Both the position numbers and the translations under genes were made by a program. Source: an uncultured virus (IMG/VR IMGVR_UViG_3300031994_000060) (Duplodnaviria > Heunggongvirae > Uroviricota > Caudoviricetes). Taken from it: 64,000 nucleotides of DNA. Positions 37,764 to 48,256 of this stretch are shown one piece after another (the stretch's first letter is position 1; every line of letters starts with the position of its first letter). Below the pieces are notes generated by a model. The model did not search any database. It was not told where the DNA came from and saw nothing but the letters and a program-made list of their open reading frames with translations. Location of the stretch: the IMG/VR virus record IMGVR_UViG_3300031994_000060. The stretch is one strand, 5' to 3'.

Positions 37764-38888
37764 CTAAGCACTTAATTTATTGATAACTAATACTTCAAGA
37801 GTAGCAGTTTCATTATCACTAGAAGTTAATGTTACTTTTCCTGCTTCAACAGTTGGTTCGATAGCGAATCCATTAAGAGTTCCACTCTTTACAACATATG
37901 AAACGTGAGAAGTAGCTTTAACGAAGCTGTCAGTAACTGATGTAGATTTACCTGCAAAAGTTACATCGATGAATTTAGCTTCGAATGGAAGAGATCCTGT
38001 AGCTGATTCAACAGCAGCAACTCTATCTACTAAGTTGTCGTGAGCTCCAGCAATAGCAGCGATAGCAGCTTTATTGTTAGTCTCAGCAGTAGCAACAGTT
38101 ACACTATCAGCAGCTGTTACAGTTAATTTACCATCTGCTCATTCAGCAACTGTGTTAGATACGAATGTAGCATCTGAAGCTTGGATAGATCCTTCAGCTC
38201 TACTTCTGATATTAGATAAGTCTGAGATAGCATCTTGTTTAGCATCCCATTCTGCTCTTTTACCTGTAGAGTCAGCTAAGTCTTTGATATCGAAATCTGA
38301 AGCAGATTGGTCACCAGTGTTAACTCCACTTGTATTTCCTAACTTAGTTCTTTCAGCAGAAGTTAAGAATAAATGAGTTGAACCTTCTGTGATGTTATCA
38401 GCAGTATCAGTATTCTTATTGAAGTAAGCTGACAAATCAGTTACACCACCTAGAACGTCCCAAGCAGTTCCATTCCAAGCAACGTTATCTCCAGCTTTTA
38501 CTTCATGAGTAGGATCTGCATTTACGATATTCCAAACATCTCCAGTTTTATTTCCAGAAGCAGGAAGTTCTGCATAAGTATCTTTAGATCCTTTATAAAT
38601 GAAAGCTGCAGAGATTTCTGATTTAGTTGCGTATGTTTCAGCAACTGTAGTTTTATAACCTTGAAGGTCAGAATCTACATCTCAGATTTCACCCATTACT
38701 GTACTTCCAGAAGGAACAGTACCAATTGATTCAATTATTCAATCAGCTTTATCATCTACTGCACCAATTTCAGCCATAATGTCTGTACCAGCAGGGACGG
38801 TACCAATTTTGTCTTCGATGCTAGCAATAGAATTGTCAATACCTTCAATTTTAGCAATAAGTTTTCCAGAGTTAGTTAAGTTTGCCAT
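37764..38888 (-). CDS. tail/head fibre protein 3
   Basis: MANLTNSGKLI; YKGS...GDVWN...AGDNVAWNGTAWD; TDTADNITEGSTHLFLTSAERTKL. Confidence 0.75.
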
Positions 38889-38898
38889 GTGTGTTTAA

Positions 38899-39390
38899 TT
38901 ATAAAGAATTTAAAAAGGCTTGTGGTTTAGCTTTAGAGAGTCTTAGTCTTACAACTCAAGTCTCATTTTCGCTAGACCTAACTGTGATATAACCATCTCA
39001 TACGTAGAACTCAACAATTCCGTTAGGAGATCCTGAGATCCATGTAGGAGTAGCATCGCATTCTGGATCAATCCAATCATTATTAACTGTAGTTTCTGTG
39101 TCTCCGTCCATTTGAACTAACATGAATCTTACAATTTCTGGATTGTCAGCAGCGGCTGCTTCGGCAGCTTCGATTGCTCTGTTTAAGGTTTCTATCATTG
39201 CATCGTATTCCTCTTTTATTTCTTCTAGCTCTTCTAGTATTTCAGGAAGATCTTCGGCTATGTCTCATAGATCAACTAGCCTCCAGTGTCTACCATCATA
39301 TACAGGAACTACACCTTTTACTAAATCACTAGGACAGTGTAGTGTTAAATCTTCAAGAGCTAAATCTCACCATTGATAAGATCAGTACAT
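38899..39390 (-). CDS. putative virion protein
   Basis: Track ORF 38998..39198 extended at both ends. Confidence 0.6.
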
Positions 39391-39416
39391 TTTTATAATC
39401 TGTAAAAGAATAAAAA

Positions 39417-40280
39417 TTACAACTGTTGCCAATGTTGATTACCAAAAGCAACTAGCCATTCCTCGAAGTCTACACCATTAATAGTGATATTTTCTGATGT
39501 AGGAAGAGATATATGAGCAGCTTCAAGATCTTGTACTATAACTTTATCAAGTCCAGCGATAAGAGTCTTTAGCTTTGCTTCATCTAATGATACAGTCCAT
39601 ACATGTTTAGAAGTATGAACAACTTTTACAGGATCTAATCCAGCAATAGTAATTACATCAGCTGGTGCTGCATACTTTAGTTGTTCCCAATCGTCAGCAG
39701 ACATTTCTGAAACAGCATTAGGACTTCTCTTATTTATATAAGTAGCATTAGTAGCATCAATGCTAGGGTTAATATTGAGATATATGTCTCATCTATTGTA
39801 CTTATTAACAGGTTCTTCTCATTGAGGAATATAAACATTCTCTAACCATTCCTCGAAATTGTTATAAGTATCGTCTACAATAACGTTTCTGTTAGCGCTT
39901 TTAATACCTGCATCTTGTTTAACATTCCAATTCTTAAGCATCAATACAGAATCACTAAGTTCAGCGATTACTGCATCTTGTTCATCATCTTTAGAATTGA
40001 TATTAGATATCTCTCATTCAACAGTAGTTACTCTATTTCATACATTAGAGATATCAGAATTCTTGATGTTGTTAATCTGCTCTTGTAATTGGCTATCCTT
40101 TGATTTCATGCTAGCTATTGTAGGACTAGCCTCGATAGCAGCCTGAACATCAACTAATGTAATGTTAGGTAAATCGCTAATAGCTAAATCAAATTCAAGA
40201 TTACAGTCATCATACGCTTTCAAAACCGCATCGCTACCCGCAATAGGGTTGCATGGTTTTTGAACATTACTCATTTGCAT
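39417..40280 (-). CDS. putative virion coiled-coil/fibre-base protein
   Basis: Track ORFs 40038..40280 and 39417..39704 are one frame under TGA=Gly. Confidence 0.7.
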
Positions 40281-40335
40281 AAGTCATTATGATTTAAATG
40301 TGACACAGACTCTCGATCAATTGGTCGCTACATGA

Positions 40336-40593
40336 TTAAGAATCTTGTTGGTTTTTGAATCTAGGATCCTTGATAGGAAAGAATGAAAATTTTTTCTCTC
40401 CATTAGGTACATATCCAAGCAAGTAGATATATCCTAGCTTTGGGTTCTTTAGTGGGGAGTAATCGATATCGCTTAGGTCGGTTAGCTTTTCAACTCCCCA
40501 GAGTCCTTCAGTTTGATCTATTCATCATAAGACTACAGATCAGTCTGGCATCACATTTTCCTTAGGTGGAAGTATGTATTTATTCGTTGACAT
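40336..40593 (-). CDS. hypothetical late protein
   Basis: Open frame; GAACACG-ATG leader. Confidence 0.55.
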
Positions 40594-40607
40594 CGTGTTC
40601 TAATATT

Positions 40608-41615
40608 TTAAGAAATAAAATTCTTTTGCATATTATTCAATAAAACATTAACTGCTTTATTAAATGTATTTTCGTTTAATTTATATATCTTTCAATCATC
40701 TCATTTACGTGCAGCAACATAATTTCATGAACTATCTTTTTGAATTGTATAAGTATTTCAATTACTTTTAACATTTACTTTTCTTCAAAGTAATGTATCT
40801 AAAGAAATATTTCATGTAGCATTACTATTGCTACTAGATGTACTAGATCATCTAGATGAACTACTACCAGAACTCTTAGCCATATTGTTATAATAGTTAG
40901 CTTGAGCTTCTGTTAGTTTATTATTAGCTTCAGCTTGACTTTCTTGTAAATCTAGTTGTCTATTATTAGCATCGATCTGAGCTTGTCATTGATCTATGCT
41001 AGCATTAGTTTGTGACATATTAGATAACGTTGATGGGATTTGTGCAGCATTGGTATATAGTCAAGCAATATTCTGATCAGCATTACTTCTAACTGTAGCA
41101 TTCTGAGCTGCTGCTTGATTCTGCGCAGCTATTCTGGTCTGCGCTGCTGCTCAGGGGTTTACAGCTAATCCTCATAATCAAGATATAGCTCATCATGCTT
41201 GGATATTAGCATTAGCAGAATTCGCCATCATTTGGTTTTGAGCAGCGTCTTCTGTTCTTTCCATTGCTTCTTTATAAGTATCCATCATAATCTTTCATGC
41301 TTCTGAAAGATTTACTTTCTCGTTATTTAATATGTTTAACGTATTCAAAGAATTTTGATATCTCTTATTCCTTTGTTTCAACTCAGGATTAAGATTTGCG
41401 ACAGCTATCTGATATGCATTCCATTGTGATTGTGGTGTAGTCACAACAGCATCCACATCTTTATCTCAAGTAAGTTCTTTATCCATCTTAGCTTGAGTGT
41501 TAGCAATCTTCTTGTCTTGTTTACTCTGTTGGTTCTGAACTATCTGACTGTTGCTCTGATTGCGAATCAGCTGTCAATTCAAGAACTCATCAATCTGTTG
41601 TTGGGTTACTGCCAT
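40608..41615 (-). CDS. Q/A/N-rich internal virion (ejection/pilot-like) protein
   Basis: Low-complexity helical composition; downstream of nozzle. Confidence 0.55.
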
Positions 41616-41805
41616 CACAAGGAGTTACATTTCTAAAAAACTGTTCTTTCTCTTCATCAGATAATTTATCAAAGATAGAGATTAATTTCTGTACCTTAGG
41701 AGATATTTCTCACATCCCCTTGCACTTCTCTGCTATGATTACTATCTGTTCTGAAGGTAATGTTTGAATAAGTCATAACAATTTATTTAATCTCTCGTCG
41801 TTCAT
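41521..41805 (-). CDS. hypothetical protein
   Basis: Open frame. Confidence 0.5.
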
Positions 41806-42023
41806 TATAGTGATAATGGAGGTAAATTTTCTTCTGCAGGAGCTTCTTCAACTGGAGCTTCTTCAACTTCTTCTTCTACTATATCTTCTTGAGCTCATCA
41901 CATATCTGCTACTAATCACATTTCTGTAGCAAATCTTTCAGTTAGTGCGTCACTAATTGTAGGCAAATCAGATAGCTCTTCAGTAGTAAGAATGTAATTA
42001 ATTACATCGTCTAATGTTGGCAT
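41805..42023 (-). CDS. small acidic protein
   Basis: E/A/P-rich tail. Confidence 0.55.
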
Positions 42024-42040
42024 TTGATTTTAATAAAGAT

Positions 42041-44929
42041 CTAAAGTTTGTCGTTCATTTCCGAACTATCACAAGCTGAACCTGATAAAATTTCATCACA
42101 GTATTCTCACTTGTTTATAACAACCTTATTCTCGAATGTTGCATCTGTTAGATATGAAGGTTTAGTTCTACTAATTCATACAGGTTCTAATAATCATATT
42201 TGATCGATATGTGTATTTTCGATATCCTCATAATCAGGATCTAACACATAGTATCATATATAGAATGATCAGAACTGTACATTATCTATTCATCTAGCTG
42301 TGATACATAATTCCAGAACATTGGCTGGTGCATTAACAGGTTCTTTGATACTCGCGAACATTGCCAGTTTAGACTCATAATCAGAATCCTCTCACATTTC
42401 ACGAATGGTCTTTGTTGTAGGTTTGGATGTTTTTAAGTCACGATATCCTGCCACCTCATTAAATAGAGTATGCGAATACATTTTTCAATGTCAATAGATT
42501 TTCTCACCATTTTCATAAACCATAATAGGTTTTGTAGATTCTTTCAAAGATAGCAACTGTGGATATCTAGTAGTTGTAATATCATTCATACGCTCAAATA
42601 GCTTTCAACCTAGAGTAGTATTGATCTCTCGAGTACTATCATTGGTTATATCTGAATGATCTCAGATTGCTGTCTTAACATATTGAATATGTTTCGGTGT
42701 TTGTAATCATTCTTCTCATACATATGCTGAGATAACTTCTACGATTTCTCATCATTGGATTTTTGATTCTTTATACTCTTCTCAATCTTTTTCAACAAAC
42801 GTATCCCATCACCATGTATTTCATTTATTTACATAGACATAATCTCATAAGAATATTCAATCTTTTACATGGACAACTCTTGCTCAATCTATCATCCAAT
42901 AATACCAACAGTTATAATGCTTATCATATATCAATAATTTTGAATAATGTGTACTGTCGGTATAATCTGATGAAGTATCATCTGGATCAGGCGATACATC
43001 ATTATTATCAAAGATAGATATATATCTATGATTAATAGTAGCATCTATATTTATCTTATCAAATCTATTATCTAATGGTTTGATATGTCAATTAACAAAG
43101 AATCAAGTATCTGGAGTAAATTGGATTGTTCAATAATATGCACTGAATTGTAATGTCTCTAATAGTTTTCATCTTCTAACTATTAAGAATTCTCAATCAT
43201 CATTATAGAAACTACCAGGCGAATAATATCAATCTTCATTTTCAGAAGCATTAATAAAGTTACCAGCAACAAGCGCATCTTGATTAGCTATTGCATAGAT
43301 GTTTTTAGGTCAGAATAGTAGTAATGATCAATACATAGATCTAACATCAGTTAATCATGCAGGTATTCTAAATACTCATCTAGCAGTATCTCATGTTGTT
43401 GGAGTAAACAATCAATTTAATGATCACGATCAAGATACATATAATAAGTTATCAGCTATATAACATATTCTTGTTCACCATCTTTCTATTCCTGTAATAA
43501 TATCTTTATTAGTTGCAGTAGATATTAATGTATCAAACAAAAATATTCTTTTATCTAATATAGGATACGGATCCTCTACTTCAAAATTTTTAGAGATATT
43601 AATTGATTGACATGGAGTTCATCAGAAATCTTCACCTCTATATATTACATCAGGTAATTCATCATCACTAGGTATTGTAATTTTATCATCTTTTCTAGAA
43701 TAGAATCAGTTAATAGAATAGATTTTATTACCTGCTGCAAAGTATGGGACTTCTCAATATTCTGGATAAGCCCATAATACATTTCATATATCTGAAGATT
43801 CAATAACTATATTTTCTCATTCAACTTTTTCAGGGAACTTTATAACTTGGATAAGTTCTGATACATTAGGAATAAAATATCAATCAGGCGGTAATTCTGA
43901 TTTCATAATTATATTCATCTGTTCTGTATCCATTTCAGGAACAGTTAATCAAGTTACATAGATTCATAAGTTTGGAATAGATACCCAATCTGATATAGCT
44001 ATTCTATTTTCTACATTATATAAATAGGCAAAATATTGTCATCAGAAATATATAATAGCTATCTTTGCTTCTCATCAATCTTTTCATTTAATTCACTTAG
44101 GAGTACCTATACCTCAATATCCCATAATAAAATGATCTGGGTTACATTCAGCCGATTCATATTCTTTTACTAATATAATAGGAGAAGTATCAGCATCATC
44201 AAAAGTATCTCACGTACAATTAACTTCATCTATTTGTTGAATATAAATACGCATACGAGCAGAAGCCTCATGAGTTTCTATTATTCATTGTTCGTCTTCA
44301 TTTGATGCAGAAGACTCTATCGTTCTTTCTCTTATATCTCTTGAAGGTGGTGTTTTTAATCTCTCATGATTTCTTGTTTGATATTCTCAATCATCACAAG
44401 TATCTTCATTACCATCACCTCATCATCTCATAAATGGGACATTTGCTTGTTGATGTCAAATTTCTCAATTATCTGCTAAATATCATTCAAGATCTGTATT
44501 GACTCTCCATGTTCTTTCTCAATTATCATTTAATGTATAATCTCAATCTACACGAGTTTGTCAATATGGTTCAACTATTTCATTACTTCTTCTCATATAG
44601 ATCCTATATCATTGGAAAGTAATTACATCAGTAAAGTTAGCATTACTCCATCATTTTTCTTTTGTTAATCTTGATACTCATAATTCTTGTAAAGTTATTT
44701 GACTATTTCTTTTAACATATTTATATAATTTACATCTCTTTAATCCTTTACACTTCTCAAACCAAAATTGCTGTTTAGATCAGTGAACAACATCTATATT
44801 CTTTGTAGGTCAATTACCAGACCATGGGTGTTCTACTGGCTGAACATTACACAAAACATTGAATATCTGGTTGGTATTCTCTCTATTAGGTTTTAGATCC
44901 CAAGCAGTTACTTGATCTTGTGCTACCAT
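42041..44929 (-). CDS. tail nozzle / tubular protein B-like stabilisation protein
   Basis: 962 aa beta-rich frame directly after adaptor; function inferred from size and synteny. Confidence 0.6.
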
Positions 44930-45735
44930 TGATTACCAAGATTTACAGTATAAAATGGTTGTGGTTGAGTTTCTAACTCTATACTACCAGGCATTGCATT
45001 ATCTACAATTTCTAATGTCTCAGGCACGATAGTATCATGTTTTCTAAGATAATCTAACTCTTTTCTATATAATGAATAATATGTTAAGTCTTCTTGTTGC
45101 CTAGCAATACCTTGTTGAGGTACTACTGATGCTCATACTATCCATGCTAATACTTGCATGAATGAGTCTGGTAATGGAATAATATCATCAAACTTCTCTA
45201 CCTTAACTGGTCAACAGAAGTAAGACATCCAGAGATCATCAACTACTTCATCTCATAGATCTACTTTTACTATCCTTCAGTCTAGTCATCACATACCAGA
45301 AATATATGAACCAGAGATTTGGTATTGATATGCACATAATTTATTCTGAGGAAGCACTTGTTTTAACTCTAATGGTTTACAAGGTGTTGTACAATTACAT
45401 TCACAACAAGGAAGGATTATATCTTTATCAGGTAAATTCATATCACAAAAACAAGAATCGATTCAGATCTTATCTATATCTTTCCAATTACCTCACCAAA
45501 ATTTATCTATCTTTCTCACAGGCCATCTTGATAATAAGGCTCACTGTGATTGTTCATTCATCTTAAATAAGTCTTTTCTATGCTGCCAAGACCAGTGCAT
45601 TCATTCATAATTGTAAATCATATTAACTCACATATTGATTAATCCAATAATAGAGTTAGGCCCTACCGCATAAGAAACACCGTGCTGATTTACGATAGGA
45701 TAGACTAATTGCATAAATTGCTTTACTGTGTACAT
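44923..45735 (-). CDS. head-tail adaptor / tubular protein A-like
   Basis: N-terminal helices, WSW, DDIIPLPDSF pattern; Cys-rich insert; synteny. Confidence 0.6.
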
Positions 45736-45905
45736 TTACAGATATTACGATCTAAAGCTTTTTTCCTTTTTAGGTCTTCTTTAGTCCAACCTGGTCTGGA
45801 TTCAATTTTTTTAAGTAGCTGCCATCACTTGCGTTTATATTCTATAAACATCATTGGTGTGACATAACATACTTTATCTCATTTTTTTACTCTATATAAT
45901 TGCAT
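45723..45905 (-). CDS. small basic hypothetical protein
   Basis: Open frame overlapping adaptor start. Confidence 0.45.
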
Positions 45906-46038
45906 CCTATTTATATAATATAAATATTAAACTAGGCTCACTACACGAGGTAGTAAGCCTAGAAGGACACGATGCACGTCAACTTCCACCTTTAGGGAAG
46001 AAGTCAACATAAATATTAGTAGGATTACTCCAATGGCA

Positions 46039-46066
46039 AGTATAGAAATAAAAATAGAAATTACAA
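46039..46066 (-). promoter_or_regulatory. promoter TTGTAA-N16-TATACT
   Basis: Upstream of tail operon; follows terminator 46076-46101. Confidence 0.7.
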
Positions 46067-46075
46067 GAGAAAAGT

Positions 46076-46102
46076 AAAAAAAGCCGTGAGTTTTTCACGG
46101 CT
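46076..46102 (-). terminator. intrinsic terminator
   Basis: AGCCGTGA-gtttt-TCACGGCT with A-tract on +. Confidence 0.75.
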
Positions 46103-47003
46103 ACTTATATAAGGCAATAACTTTATCTAAGAATTCATGTGAATAGATATTAGTATATTGGTTTATAACATCATCATTAAAGTCATTCAATCAAAGACGG
46201 AGTGGCGTATGCATTACCATTGGATGTTCTCTGAGATTGATATTACTATCATATCAGTATCTTTCAGCATCAGTAGCCGACCATAGAACTACTGCTTTAT
46301 TTCAGAACGCTTTAGCTACATGATGAAGACAACTATCACATCAGACTACTGCATATCTAGCAGCTAATGATACTACAAATCTCATATCAGGAGTGTCTAG
46401 ACATACACATCATTCAAGCTTAGGTTGGTCTGGTCTTTCAACAACATAGACAGTATATCATTTATTAATGAGTCAGTTAGCTAAGTATTGGGCATCTTCT
46501 GGCCTCATACTTCTATATGATTTGTCTGATCAATTGGCTTGAGTAGTCGAACCAAATGGCTGGAATAAAATAGGTTTAGCTCAGTCTAGAACATTATTTA
46601 ATTTCTCATGTTCTGCCAAGAACAAGCAAGGCTGAGGTGTTAGTCATCAAATAATTCAACCATACGGAGCTAATTGTTTAGCAGCGATCTCTAACCAGTT
46701 CCTTGCATCATTAAAGAATTCAGGATCAGTATATGGTTCAAGTTCTACATAATCATTTCACATTATAACATCACGGAATAATCTTCTATCATCTAATCAG
46801 TGAACTGATTGGATGTATGGATTACCTCGAAATGCTAATGGCCGTGAAGTAACTACTTTAACAGGCCTAGTTTTAGCAACGGCAGTGATTGCTCATGTCA
46901 TAGCAACACATCTACCTAATCAACCGTCAATACGGATTACCAAGGTTTTCTTTTCTGGTTCCTTAGTCTTTTTAATTTTAGCAACGTGTTTTTCCTTTTT
47001 CAT
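46101..47003 (-). CDS. GT9-like (heptosyltransferase-fold) glycosyltransferase
   Basis: IDGGLGR, GNPYI, ILFQPFGS, GCDSCLHHVAKAFG..AVVLW. Confidence 0.8.
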
Positions 47004-47105
47004 TTTATCGTGTCCTTAATTGATAAAATAGACCAGGGAGCTAGAGGCTAGCTCCCCTTTATACACACAGATCAACGTTTGTTTAACACCATATGTATTA
47101 GTTGT

Positions 47106-47133
47106 AGAGTAAGGAAAATTTTGGGAATTGCAA
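47106..47133 (-). promoter_or_regulatory. promoter TTGCAA-N16-TACTCT
   Basis: Upstream of GT9. Confidence 0.65.
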
Positions 47134-47136
47134 GAG

Positions 47137-47167
47137 AAAAAAAGAGAGAATTAATCTCTCTTTTTTT
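47137..47167. terminator. terminator, left border of switch cassette
   Basis: AAAAAAGAGAGA-attaa-TCTCTCTTTTTT. Confidence 0.8.
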
Positions 47168-48047
47168 AAAAACTAAATTCTCAACTCTCAGTAAACTCAT
47201 GAATAACATATCAGCATCAACAAGTTTTAGTTCATCATGTAGCCTCTACTCATCATTGAGGATACCATATGTATGCTACTCATCAGTTTCATGATTCAGG
47301 CCATGCTGTTCATCAATAAGAGTTTGCTCATTTTCATCATGTTCAATAGCATCAAGGACAGCAAGTACATCATTCATATACATAAGTTGAATTACCTCAT
47401 CATCATCCAGCTCAACAAAATGTTACAGCTCAATTTCATATGGATATAGTAATTCAATCTCATCAATTTCAACCACCTGTTACTTCACGTCATTTTTTAT
47501 TATAGCATATGAAATAAGCATCTTGTCAAATTCATCAAGCTCAACCTCCTCATCATGCTGCTCAACATCATCATCAATTATAAAAATTTCATCATCAATA
47601 TCATTGTCAATCATATCAACATCATGGTCATGCAAGTCATCCTCAACCTCAACTTCATCAACAACGTCATACATCACATCTACCTCAACCTCATCATCAT
47701 CAATAAGCAACAATATCAAATCAACAAGTATCTCATCAATTACAAGTTTGACAATTTGATTGTAATATTCATCAACATCAAACTGTAATTGGATATGTTC
47801 CAGAAGATATTGTTTGGTTACAACACATTACTACTCATCAAGCACCTCATCATCCTCAAGGTTTACTTCAGTAACTAGAACTCAACGTTCAATATCAACC
47901 TGCACCTCAACCTCAAACCAATAGAAAGCAGACACACATCTCTTTAATTAAAGGTCGTATCTTAGTACCTCAAACATATACTTCAGAAATATCAGAAGTT
48001 CACTTCTTTAGAGATTTAAGTTCAGTTGCTCAGATATATATACTCAT
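47166..48047 (-). CDS. Gly-rich adhesin-like protein L
   Basis: MSIYIG...EVYVGGTKIWP...FLLVGGGGAGG...GGGGGAGG...VIHEFTESGEF; 293 aa; most Gly encoded by TGA. Confidence 0.85.
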
Positions 48048-48068
48048 TAGAAAATATTTTTTAGAGTA

Positions 48069-48098
48069 AATTTTGTATAACAATTATTGTGCAAAGTA
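48069..48098. repeat. left inverted recombination-like site AATTTTGTATAA-CAATTA-TTGTGCAAAGTA
   Basis: 48079-48100 is a perfect 22 bp inverted repeat of 48197-48218. Confidence 0.85.
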
Positions 48099-48148
48099 AT
48101 GTTTATCAACTGAAATAACTATCAGTTTTTAGACATTACTTTAGAAAT

Positions 48149-48176
48149 AGAGTAACTAAAAAATTACAAAATGCAA
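48149..48176 (-). promoter_or_regulatory. promoter TTGCAT-N16-TACTCT inside the IR-bounded segment
   Basis: Same spacer and same -10 hexamer as the GT9 promoter; points at protein L. Confidence 0.65.
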
Positions 48177-48198
48177 GATGAAATGTATAAAAAAATAT

Positions 48199-48228
48199 TA
48201 CTTTGCACAATAATTGTTGTGCAAAGTA
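48199..48228. repeat. right inverted recombination-like site TACTTTGCACAA-TAATTG-TTGTGCAAAGTA
   Basis: Perfect 12 bp arms around an asymmetric 6 bp core that is the reverse complement of the left core. Confidence 0.85.
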
Positions 48229-48256
48229 GATCTTTTATATGCCATGTAATTTTTTT

